Shown here one piece after another: positions 8,792 to 17,742 of a stretch of DNA of 64,000 nucleotides; the stretch's first letter is position 1, and each line of letters opens with the position of its first letter. The translations under genes were made by a program, and so were the position numbers. The notes under the pieces were generated by a model, which saw only the letters and a program-made list of their open reading frames with translations, was not told the origin of the DNA and did no database searches. The DNA is from SAR324 cluster bacterium (GTDB taxonomy: Bacteria; SAR324; JACQKK01): the NCBI GenBank assembly GCA_022574555.1, contig JACZRV010000002.1:21995-85994 (forward strand), read 5' to 3'.

Positions 8792-9931
8792 TCAATCCAC
8801 GGCCAAAGCCCGTTCGAAAACTTCCAGATGTGCCGCCAGGAACCCTTCCCTGGAGAATCGGCGCCGTACCTGATTTCGGCCCTCGGCGCCCAGCCGACGG
8901 CGCAGGCCGGGGTGCGAGGCAAGGGTCGCCAGTTCCTCAGCCAATGCGGCGGCGTCGGGTGAAGCGGCGATGAGCCCGCTGACGCCGTGCCCGATCACTT
9001 CCGGCAGCGCGCCGGTGGGCAACGCCACGACAGGAGTTCCGGCCGACAGGAACTCTACCGCCACACGGCAGATCATCTCGGAGGCGATCGAGGGGATCAC
9101 TCCCATGTCCACGCCGCTCATTATTTGACCCACGTCCTTCCGGTAGCCGAGCCAGGTGACCCTGTCGCCGAGCTGCATCTCGGCGATCCGCCGTTCCAGA
9201 AGCGCGCGATGAGGGGCCTCGCTGGCATAGGCCTTGTTCAAGATGAGAAGATGGGGCTTGGGCAGGGACGGCGGAAGCATTCGCAGGGCTTCGAGAAGGG
9301 TGCCGTGGCCTTTTTCGGGCGCGATCCGGCCCACGACGCCCAGGAGCAGCGCCTCCTCGGGCAGACTCAGTTCTGCGAGCAGAGACTGGCGGGCCGATTG
9401 CCCCACCACCTCGGCAGGCATCGGGGAGGGTGCAGCCGGATAGTAGATGGTGCGGATGCGCTCGGGCGGGACCATGAGGCGGCTTTCCAGCCGCTGCCGG
9501 ATCACGTCGGCGCAAGCGATGACACCTTGGCACCCGCGGCCGTAAAGCCGTCGATTGAGCCAGCCCCTGCGCTCGGCCTGGGCGCCGCCGCGGGTACGAA
9601 CGACCTTCGGCCCGCCCCACCACCTGGCGGCGAACAGGTGCAGTGGAAATTCGGCGGAGCGGAAGACATTTACGACGTCGATCCGCTGCCGCTGCTGGAA
9701 CTCGGTCAGCCGCCTGATAGCGGAACGCCAGCGCCATGGGCTGGCGCCGTCAGGTAGCAATCCGGTGAGGGGAGCAAGGCCGCGCCGATGCAATTCTTGT
9801 GCGTTGCGGGTGCCGGGATGGACCAGCATCCAGACCCCGTGGCCCGCTTCCCGCAACAATTCGGCCAATATCGCCGCGTATTCCGCCTCGGCGTTCCAGT
9901 AGGGAAAGCCGGAACTGATCAGGACATTCAC
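8792..9931 (-). CDS. Glycosyltransferase family 4 (GT-B, RfaG-like).
   Basis: GT4 architecture (…GVVGRIAPEKG…, EFLSAGTPVVA). Its start overlaps the stop of the upstream giant ORF by 4 nt. Confidence 0.8.
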   Translation of the reverse strand: MNVLISSGFPYWNAEAEYAAILAELLREAGHGVWMLVHPGTRNAQELHRRGLAPLTGLLPDGASPWRWRSAIRRLTEFQQRQRIDVVNVFRSAEFPLHLFAARWWGGPKVVRTRGGAQAERRGWLNRRLYGRGCQGVIACADVIRQRLESRLMVPPERIRTIYYPAAPSPMPAEVVGQSARQSLLAELSLPEEALLLGVVGRIAPEKGHGTLLEALRMLPPSLPKPHLLILNKAYASEAPHRALLERRIAEMQLGDRVTWLGYRKDVGQIMSGVDMGVIPSIASEMICRVAVEFLSAGTPVVALPTGALPEVIGHGVSGLIAASPDAAALAEELATLASHPGLRRRLGAEGRNQVRRRFSREGFLAAHLEVFERALAVD

Positions 9932-12900
9932 GCCTCGGACGGCAACTTGGCCGAATCCGATTCCGGTGCGGTCTCCAATCGGTCCAGATCGATGGAGCGG
10001 CCCAAGGTTTCCTGCACCAGGCGGCTGGCGATGGAACCCGGATTGTCCACCATACCCGGGCTGTCGAGGTTGATGATGATGTTGTGCTTTACCGCCTCGA
10101 AATATCGCCCCCGCAGCGCGGCGTCGTCCCGAATGTTGCCCTCGTCAAATTTGCTGATGAAGATCAGGATTAACTGGGGAATGCCATTGAAAAGCGATTC
10201 CTTGGCCTGGATAATATCCAGCGCCTCGTGAAGGCTCAACGTTCCCGGCAGCACCAGGTAGGTGTGGCGGCGCTGCCCCCCTTCCCGCAGCAAATCATCG
10301 CATAATCGCAAGATGCCCTCCGGGTTCGCGGCGGCCAGTTTGTGGAGCGAGATGCTGCTTTCCTCGAATCCTCCCTGCTGCAGGTTGAACCGCACCTGGC
10401 GGTAAAACGCATAGATGGCGGGCAGTACGTTGCCCAGGTGGGCGAACAGGGGATGATCCGGATTCTGACCATAAAAGGCCCCGGAGCGAAATTGGGCCAG
10501 TTGAAACCGGCGGTTGACGGCCCGCTCCAGAAAGTCCCGCTGTATGTTTTCGAAGGAGAGGTTGCCGGCGTTGCGTATAAACGCCAGAGCCCGATTGGTG
10601 GAGGCGATGCGTTCATGAATATTGGGGATCAGATACTTTTTCGCAATGATGCGGTAGGAGGGCAGAAATCGCTCCTCGATCACCCGGGGCAAATCCTCAG
10701 CTTCCCGGGTCAGCTGCTCCACCCGGGCGGAAATGGATTCCACACTCTTTTGCTTGGCCCGCTTTTCCCTCACCGCCTTGCGGAAAGCGCCATAGGCCTT
10801 CTGCATATTCTGGAAATGGGAGACGGGCGTCTGAACATCCTGGAGGTAGCCCTCCAGCGCGCTCATCGCGGTGAGCTGCTCGCCCACGCGCTCCCATTCG
10901 GTTCGTCCCTTGCGATATCCCGCTTCCAGTTGGTTCTCTTCGCCGAGGCTGGCTGGCGGGATATAGGACACCAAAGGCTCCGTGATCTTCTTGCCCATCA
11001 TCCGCTGCAGCCTGGATTGCGCGCCGCGCATTTCCAGCAAAGCCACCTCGTTTTCAGAGGCGTAAAGCTCACCGGCAATCTCCAGCCGGCGTGTATACAA
11101 ACGCGACATGGACGCAGTACGAGAATCTTCGGTTTCCCTCGCCCCGCGAATGATTCCGGCCAGCTCATCGCGGGCCTGTAACAAACGCTCCTCGATCCCG
11201 GCAAGTACGCGAACCGAGGAGCTATCACCCATCTCCTTGCGGTCAGGAAAGGTGATGGAGGAAAGTATGCGGCTGAGATTTTCCCGCACCTCCCCGACTT
11301 GCCTCTGGCTCTGGGAACTGAGCGATTGCAGCTCATCGTCGGTCTGGCCCAGTTCTTCTTTCAGCACGCCCCTGCGTGCGTGCAGATTTTCGATGGCCTG
11401 TGTTGCGTCATCGTCGGATACCTTCGCCAGATCGTTCAGGCGTTCGATCAGCGGGATGAGGCCGGCCTCGGCGCGGACGATCGCCTGCCGCCGGTGGCGA
11501 GCTGCAAGCAGCGGAATATAGGCCCGATGCATGCGCTGGAAGACTTGCAGGTAGGTCTTCAGTTTCTCACGCCGCTGATGCAGATCACGGTTGACCAGAA
11601 GCACCATTTTTTGGATGGCACCCTTGAGTTCCGTGAGAATCTCCACGGAACGCTTGGCCAGCATGCGATCCATCGTCTCGACGTAATCCTCGCCGCCCAA
11701 CAAGGCTTCCGCCGGCATCTCCCGCTCGCCCAAGGCATCGTTGACCACACCCAGAGCTTCGAAATACTTTTGTTCGGCACCGGCCAGAATGAGGGCCTGT
11801 GCATCCAGCTCATGGCGAAATTGGGCGATGTCGTCGTGGTGCTCCTCTTTCAGGCGCCTGTGGACTTCCTGGTAGGCCGGTGAGTTTTTTGCCTCCTCAG
11901 GGTCGCCGATGCGCCGCAGATCTTCCAACTCATGCTTGGCTTCGCCGATGCGATCTTCGAAATAGCGTTCGTAATACGCCATGCCCGGCTGTTCGTCGTA
12001 TTCCTGGCGCCAAAGGTAATTGACGATGGAGAACTGTTCTGCAAGGAATACGCTGAATGCAAAATCGCCATCGGGCGAAGGGGTCTCCGCTTCCGAATGG
12101 GGCAAAACCTCCGACCACGCCATTCCGGGAAGGTGAAATTCCGCCCTGTTCCGTTCGAAATCCGATTCATTGGCGAAAAAGACAAAATCCGGCGACTCGT
12201 CCTGCGCAAAAAACTGGCCGTAAGCGCCGCTTTTCAGATTGGCGATCTGCTTGGCCAACATCGCCGCCTCATTGCACTGGAACAGCTTGACGAAATAGGC
12301 GTCGTGGTCGAAGCTCGTTTGGTCCATGCGGTGGAATTCCGACTCGGAAAATTTGATGAAGACACGGAGCTCGTTGTAGACCGTTTCCAGGTGCTCGGCA
12401 CGCAATTGGTCGTAGGGCGGCGGCTCGCCGCGGGCCCATTCAAGCACAAACGGCAGGCGATGGTTGATCTGGTCCGGGTCGAACGCGCCTGCTCCTTCCC
12501 CGGAAAAGAGTTCCCGCAGAACCGTGGTCAGCAGCTCATAGCGCTCCGCCAACCGGTTTGCTTGGTCGTGGTAGTCCGGGAGTTGATCGATGGAGTCACA
12601 CAGGTAATAGGACTTGTCGCTGGGAATGAATCGGCTGAGACCGAACGGCTTGAGCAGAATTAGCGTTTGCGCGGCCATCGCGCCCAGGCACGCAATTTTG
12701 AGTTGGCCGGCATGTCCTTTGAGCTTCGCCTGTTTGGCCAGGATCTTTTCGTAAACCCGGGACAGGAATAGGCGGCGGATTCCTGCGCGAACGTCCCCGA
12801 ACCGCGGGCGGCCTACTTCGGTCACCACCACCGCGTCAAACGCCAGCGGGTGCCGTTCCTCCCGCTCCGCGCCTGAAGCGGCGGGGGCGCCATTCCCGTG

Positions 12901-14070
12901 GATTTTAAGTGAAGTGACTTCATACAGCGGCATGAAGTCGCGGGAGGGTTTCCACAGAAAGCTGATATGTCCTTCGAAGCAGTTGATGCGGATTGCCCGC
13001 ACCCGCTCCATGAGAATCTCTTCTTCCTCCCGTCCGGGCAGTTTTCGGTAGAACGCCTGAATTTGCGTCGTTGGAATCTCCCGGCCGAGTAGGCCTTTTT
13101 CCTTGAATTGTTCGGAGTAGACCTTTTCCTCGTCCACCCGCACGGCATGAAACGATTCGCCCCGCTCGCTGCCGAAGCGGATGGATTCGATGATGGATAA
13201 AGGCAGATCGACGGTAATCAGCCGATTCTTGAGCTTGGCGGAGACGTCCAGCTCGTCGATGTTGCCCACGCCAAATTGGTGGTACAGCCGTTTCAAGCTG
13301 GCAGGTGTAAAGCATTCGCTGCGGTTCTTGCCCAGGCGTATGCGCAATTGATCGAAGAAGAGTTCGGGGAAGGTAGGATATTTTGGAAGTTCCACCATCA
13401 CCCGGCTCAAATCATCCTGCGAGCGCAACGTGACGGTATCCCCGGATGCGTGAAAGCCCAGTTCGCAAGTCGTGCCTTCCTCGTCGAGCAGATCACCCAA
13501 CAGGGCACGCATCCTGGGAAGCTCTCCGTGCAACAACAATGGGCAGTCCGGATAGCGCCGTTTGATCTCCGGCAACCGGGTGACGACGGCGTGCACGAAT
13601 TGAAAATCTGAATGGAGCTCGATAAGCACGCCGTGCAGGGTTTCCTCGGAGCCCTCCAGCACGCGCTCGATCACCAGATCTGGTGCAAGCTGCCGCGAAC
13701 CCTCCATGATGGGCACGAACATGCGGCGCAGGGGCCGGCGCAGGTCGTCCGGGATGTGGTGGATGGAATACCCGCGGTTGGGATTGACTACGGCCAGCCG
13801 GCCAAAGTCGTACTTGGAAATCGGGGGCACCTTTCCCCGCCGGGCCAACACTTGGGCGTCACGGGCGATTTTCTCGTGCTGGGCCGATTCCAGAGGAATG
13901 AGATCGTAATCGATTTCCATTACCGATCCATTGACGGCGGGCCTGCCGCCTGTGCTCACGTGACCGGGGCGCCGGGGCGCCGATTTCCAAGTACGACTTT
14001 GGCCGCCGCCCGTGGGGATGGTGGCCGGGCCATCGGATTCAGGGACGGGTTTGGCCGCTCCCCCTGACAA
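9928..14070 (-). CDS. Very large (about 1330-1380 aa) uncharacterised cytoplasmic protein with no recognisable catalytic or NTPase motifs. The start is more likely the internal Met at 13920.
   Basis: Continuous 4.1 kb ORF between proA and GT4 with 4-nt and 32-nt overlaps. No Walker A and no TM segments. Charged, coiled-coil-like middle region. Codon usage matches its neighbours. Confidence 0.6.
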   Translation of the reverse strand: MSGGAAKPVPESDGPATIPTGGGQSRTWKSAPRRPGHVSTGGRPAVNGSVMEIDYDLIPLESAQHEKIARDAQVLARRGKVPPISKYDFGRLAVVNPNRGYSIHHIPDDLRRPLRRMFVPIMEGSRQLAPDLVIERVLEGSEETLHGVLIELHSDFQFVHAVVTRLPEIKRRYPDCPLLLHGELPRMRALLGDLLDEEGTTCELGFHASGDTVTLRSQDDLSRVMVELPKYPTFPELFFDQLRIRLGKNRSECFTPASLKRLYHQFGVGNIDELDVSAKLKNRLITVDLPLSIIESIRFGSERGESFHAVRVDEEKVYSEQFKEKGLLGREIPTTQIQAFYRKLPGREEEEILMERVRAIRINCFEGHISFLWKPSRDFMPLYEVTSLKIHGNGAPAASGAEREERHPLAFDAVVVTEVGRPRFGDVRAGIRRLFLSRVYEKILAKQAKLKGHAGQLKIACLGAMAAQTLILLKPFGLSRFIPSDKSYYLCDSIDQLPDYHDQANRLAERYELLTTVLRELFSGEGAGAFDPDQINHRLPFVLEWARGEPPPYDQLRAEHLETVYNELRVFIKFSESEFHRMDQTSFDHDAYFVKLFQCNEAAMLAKQIANLKSGAYGQFFAQDESPDFVFFANESDFERNRAEFHLPGMAWSEVLPHSEAETPSPDGDFAFSVFLAEQFSIVNYLWRQEYDEQPGMAYYERYFEDRIGEAKHELEDLRRIGDPEEAKNSPAYQEVHRRLKEEHHDDIAQFRHELDAQALILAGAEQKYFEALGVVNDALGEREMPAEALLGGEDYVETMDRMLAKRSVEILTELKGAIQKMVLLVNRDLHQRREKLKTYLQVFQRMHRAYIPLLAARHRRQAIVRAEAGLIPLIERLNDLAKVSDDDATQAIENLHARRGVLKEELGQTDDELQSLSSQSQRQVGEVRENLSRILSSITFPDRKEMGDSSSVRVLAGIEERLLQARDELAGIIRGARETEDSRTASMSRLYTRRLEIAGELYASENEVALLEMRGAQSRLQRMMGKKITEPLVSYIPPASLGEENQLEAGYRKGRTEWERVGEQLTAMSALEGYLQDVQTPVSHFQNMQKAYGAFRKAVREKRAKQKSVESISARVEQLTREAEDLPRVIEERFLPSYRIIAKKYLIPNIHERIASTNRALAFIRNAGNLSFENIQRDFLERAVNRRFQLAQFRSGAFYGQNPDHPLFAHLGNVLPAIYAFYRQVRFNLQQGGFEESSISLHKLAAANPEGILRLCDDLLREGGQRRHTYLVLPGTLSLHEALDIIQAKESLFNGIPQLILIFISKFDEGNIRDDAALRGRYFEAVKHNIIINLDSPGMVDNPGSIASRLVQETLGRSIDLDRLETAPESDSAKLPSEA

Positions 14071-15355
14071 TCCATTTCATCGAGGTAAGCCCTTCCAGGG
14101 CGAATGGTCCGCGGACGTGGAGGCGCTGGGTGCTGATTCCGATCTCCGCTCCCAGGCCGAATTGGTTGCCATCGGTGAATTGGGTCGACGCGTTGTGCAT
14201 CACCGCGGCTGCGTCCACTTCGCGCAAGAAACGGCTGGCCACCTCGGCGTCTCGAGTGAAAACGGCCTCGGTGTGTTGCAGCGAATGTCGCCGGATATGA
14301 TCGATCGCCTCGTCGAGGGAATCCACCGTGCGCACCGCCAGAATGTAATCGAGGAATTCCGTATCGTAGTCCTGGGTTGGATCGACCGCTTTCACGAGCC
14401 CCTCGGGCATCGCGCCGCCGAACACGGGCAATGACCGCTGATCCGCCCGCACCTCCACCGGGGGATCGGTTTCCGCCAGCCGCCGGGCCAGGGGTTCTCC
14501 CACCGGAAGCAGGGCCTCCTTGTGCAGCAAAAGCGTGTCCAGGGCGTTGCAGATGGAGACACGGCGGGTCTTGGAATTCATTACCAGTTCGACGGCCTGG
14601 GCCGCGTCCACATCCGCGTCGACATACGCGTGTACCACCGAGGCGCCCGTTTCGATCACGGGAACGAGCGCATTTTCGATGGCGAAGCGGATCAGGGATT
14701 GACCCCCTCGGGGGATGATGACGTCGATCAGACCTCGCATGCGCAGAAAGGCTCCGGTAACCGCCCGGTCCGGCGAATCGAGCAACTGCACGGCCTCCGG
14801 AGACCGGCCGTCCTGCTCCAGGGCCTTCCGCATGGTGGCCACGATGGCGCGATTGGAGTGAAGGGCGTCCGATCCGCCTTTGAGAACGACCGCATTACCG
14901 GCTTTGAGGCAGAGCACCGTGGCGTCGACGGTTACGTTGGGCCGGGATTCGTAGATCAGGCCCACCACGCCCAAGGATGTGCGCACCCGCTCGATTTGCA
15001 GGCCTGTGGGGCGATCACGCCGGTCGATCACCTGACCGACCGGGTCCTGCAGAGCGATCACCTCGCCGATTTCGCCGCAAATGGCATCGATGCGGCGTTC
15101 CGTGAGGAGCAGCCGGTCCAGCTTATTTCCCAGTCCGGCCCGCTCGCCGGCTTGCATGTCCTTGGCATTGGCCGCGAGGATATGCGGTGTCGCCCGCCTC
15201 AGTGAATCCGCGATGCGGCCCAGCAAACCGTTCTTGGCCTCGGTACCCAGGGTGGATAGCGCGATAGCGGCCTGTTTGGCCGCCTGAGCCCTTTCCCGGA
15301 CATAGGCGAACTGCTCCGACTCGGTTTCCGGGCGTACGTTTCTCTCCACCTTCAC
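14039..15355 (-). CDS. proA: Gamma-glutamyl phosphate reductase (glutamate-5-semialdehyde dehydrogenase).
   Basis: Full-length ProA-like sequence (VIPRGG, aldehyde-dehydrogenase fold motifs, about 438 aa). Confidence 0.9.
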   Translation of the reverse strand: MKVERNVRPETESEQFAYVRERAQAAKQAAIALSTLGTEAKNGLLGRIADSLRRATPHILAANAKDMQAGERAGLGNKLDRLLLTERRIDAICGEIGEVIALQDPVGQVIDRRDRPTGLQIERVRTSLGVVGLIYESRPNVTVDATVLCLKAGNAVVLKGGSDALHSNRAIVATMRKALEQDGRSPEAVQLLDSPDRAVTGAFLRMRGLIDVIIPRGGQSLIRFAIENALVPVIETGASVVHAYVDADVDAAQAVELVMNSKTRRVSICNALDTLLLHKEALLPVGEPLARRLAETDPPVEVRADQRSLPVFGGAMPEGLVKAVDPTQDYDTEFLDYILAVRTVDSLDEAIDHIRRHSLQHTEAVFTRDAEVASRFLREVDAAAVMHNASTQFTDGNQFGLGAEIGISTQRLHVRGPFALEGLTSMKWIVRGSGQTRP

Positions 15356-15403
15356 GGCCGCCTCCGTCGCTCAGTCCGATCATCCATGTCAATTATAACG
15401 ACA

Positions 15404-16435
15404 TCAAGCATCAGTGAGTTCCCGGCGCACGATGCGCGCCCCTTCCACCATCGCGTGCAGCTTGCGTTTGCACACCCAACGGGGCGTATCCCAAAATCCG
15501 CAGTCCGGATTGACGACCAGCTTTTCCGCCGGCACGTGCTCCAGGGCCTTGCGGATGCGTACGGCCACGTCCTCCGCCGTTTCGGCCCGGAACGCCTTGA
15601 CGTCGATGGCCCCGAACCCCAGTTCCATCCCGTCGGGGAGATGCTTACAAAGCTCGATTTCCGCCATTTCCCGATTGGCGAACTCCAGCACCAGCTGCCT
15701 CGCGTTGGCTTTCCACACGTGTGGAAAAAGGTGGCGGTAGGTGCGCGGCGCTGCGAAGGTCTTGTTGTTCAGGTTGCCGAAGCAGACGTGCAGCGCGATC
15801 TTGGCTTCGACCCCCTCAACGGTTGCGTTGAAAAGTTCGATCCAGGGCTCGGCCTCGCCTTTGCGCATGGCGAAGATGGGCTCGTCGATCTGAATGAAGT
15901 CCGCGCCGATGGCCACCAACCGCTTCAACTCCGTATTGACGATACCCCGCAGGTCGTCCAGCAACGCCTCTTTGGATCGATACACCTCTCCCCGGCGCAA
16001 CGGAATGGCCAGGGTCATCGGGCCGGGGCAGGTGGCTTTCATGGGCCGATCCGTCGCCCGCCGCGCGAGCTCGAAATCCTCCACGATCCCCAGTCCGTTG
16101 GGCGCGGTGATGCGCTCGACAGCTACATACGGCGCTTCGGAATCCCAATGGGGCGCCCCCAGCTTGCGGGTGGGTTCCAGCCGCTCCAGACCGGCCAACC
16201 TATCGAAGAAGCCGAGAATGAAGTTCACCCTGCGCATCTCGCCGTCGCTGATGATGTCGACGCCGGCCTCGATCTGGTCCCGGATCGCCATCATGGTGGC
16301 GTCCTGGAGAGTCTCCTCGACATCGGTGACACCGAACCGGCCCTGGGCCATGCCCTCCCGGGCGTGCCAAAGCCAACTCGGCAGGCCGTGGCTGCCGATG
16401 ACGGACGTGGGCAGGAGGTGGTTGGGTTGCTTCAT
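15404..16435 (-). CDS. Cobalamin-independent methionine synthase (MetE) C-terminal catalytic-domain family protein.
   Basis: About 343 aa. Motifs of MetE-like / UroD-fold catalytic domains (IQIDEPIF, NPDCGF, zinc-ligand His/Cys/Glu pattern). Confidence 0.7.
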   Translation of the reverse strand: MKQPNHLLPTSVIGSHGLPSWLWHAREGMAQGRFGVTDVEETLQDATMMAIRDQIEAGVDIISDGEMRRVNFILGFFDRLAGLERLEPTRKLGAPHWDSEAPYVAVERITAPNGLGIVEDFELARRATDRPMKATCPGPMTLAIPLRRGEVYRSKEALLDDLRGIVNTELKRLVAIGADFIQIDEPIFAMRKGEAEPWIELFNATVEGVEAKIALHVCFGNLNNKTFAAPRTYRHLFPHVWKANARQLVLEFANREMAEIELCKHLPDGMELGFGAIDVKAFRAETAEDVAVRIRKALEHVPAEKLVVNPDCGFWDTPRWVCKRKLHAMVEGARIVRRELTDA

Positions 16436-16627
16436 CGGGTCACTCGGCTGAACGGCATTCCAACGGAGCTGAGTCTCGTCTCAATTTCAGATTTCCCGGG
16501 TTTGATCATTTGCCCCCGACTCGTTTCACCGTCGTGGGCCCACACGATTACGGTGTCCGGGCCGCGGTCGAACCCGGCGCGGCCGCCGTCAATCGTATTC
16601 CACGGCGATGGCCTCCATCCGGCGGCA

Positions 16628-17395
16628 TCAACTCGGCGACATGCGCAGCGCACCATCGAGACGGATGGTTTCCCCATTCAGCATAGGTGAGTTGAGGATG
16701 TACTTCACCATGGCCGCGTATTCGGGCGGCTGGCCCAGCCGTGGGGGAAACGGCACCTGGGCCGAAAGTGATGCTTTGGCCTCCTCCGACAGTCCTCCCA
16801 ACAAGGGCGTCTCGAATAGACCCGGGGCGATGCACACGGCCCGGATGCCGCGTGCGGCCAGATCCCGGGCGATGGGAAGGGTCATGCCGGCGATGGCGGC
16901 CTTGGATGCGCTGTAGGCGACCTGACCGATCTGTCCGTCAAAGGCGGCGATCGAAGCGGTGGTGACGATCACACCCCGTTCCCCGTCGGCGTTAGGCTCG
17001 TTTTGCATCATGGCTTCGGCAGCCAGACGCAGCGTGTTGAACGTGCCCACCAGATTGACGTCGATGATCCGGGTGAATTCCGCCAAGGGCATGGCCCCGT
17101 CGCGGCCGACCACCCGCTTTGCGGCGCCGATACCGGCGCAACAGATCCCGAAGTGGAGCGCGCCGAAATGATCGAGAGCATCCTTTACGGCCGCCCGGAT
17201 GCCCGCCTCGTCGGTGACGTCGGCCCGGCAAAATCGCGCCGCGGCGCCCAACTCGGCAGCCAGCGCCTGGCCCTTGGCTTCGTCGCGATCCAAAATGACG
17301 ACCCGCCCGCCGTCCGCGGCGATGGTGCGGGCCGTCGCTTCTCCCAATCCCGATGCGCCGCCTGAAATCAGGGCGACATGGTCCTCGATTTCCAT
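16628..17395 (-). CDS. Short-chain dehydrogenase/reductase (3-hydroxyacyl-CoA dehydrogenase type-2-like).
   Basis: TGxxxGxG motif (ISGGASGLG) and the YxxxK catalytic motif (YSASK). Confidence 0.85.
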   Translation of the reverse strand: MEIEDHVALISGGASGLGEATARTIAADGGRVVILDRDEAKGQALAAELGAAARFCRADVTDEAGIRAAVKDALDHFGALHFGICCAGIGAAKRVVGRDGAMPLAEFTRIIDVNLVGTFNTLRLAAEAMMQNEPNADGERGVIVTTASIAAFDGQIGQVAYSASKAAIAGMTLPIARDLAARGIRAVCIAPGLFETPLLGGLSEEAKASLSAQVPFPPRLGQPPEYAAMVKYILNSPMLNGETIRLDGALRMSPS

Positions 17396-17742
17396 TCTTG
17401 GGCTCGATACCTCCGATCGTGAAGGCACGACTAGGGATTCATCGAATTGCGTGCTATATGAACCGCCTGGAATTATTCAGTATTCCCTTCGGGAAGTAAA
17501 CGCATATTCCGCTTTCCGGCGATTTCGGCGCGGGCAGAATCGGTCGAGATGATGGCCGGAAAACCCACGCTGCGAACCCCGCGCTGCCGGCACCGCGTTT
17601 TGCGGATAAGGGTGATATATTAGCCGGTATCAGCGTGTAAACGCGACAGGGGCGGAGACCCGCCGCGGCATGGCGGAACGGTGGGCGAATTGGCCGCGAT
17701 CGTCGCGGCGAGCGCCAATATCATCAGCGAGGTCAACCGGCG

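Noticed and set aside
15389-15406. TGA stop of the MetE-like gene is in frame with downstream sequence, raising possible selenocysteine read-through.
   Set aside because: Read-through gives only C-R-Y-N before the next TGA. There is no redox motif at the site and no hairpin. This is an ordinary TGA stop, which is common in this GC-rich genome.
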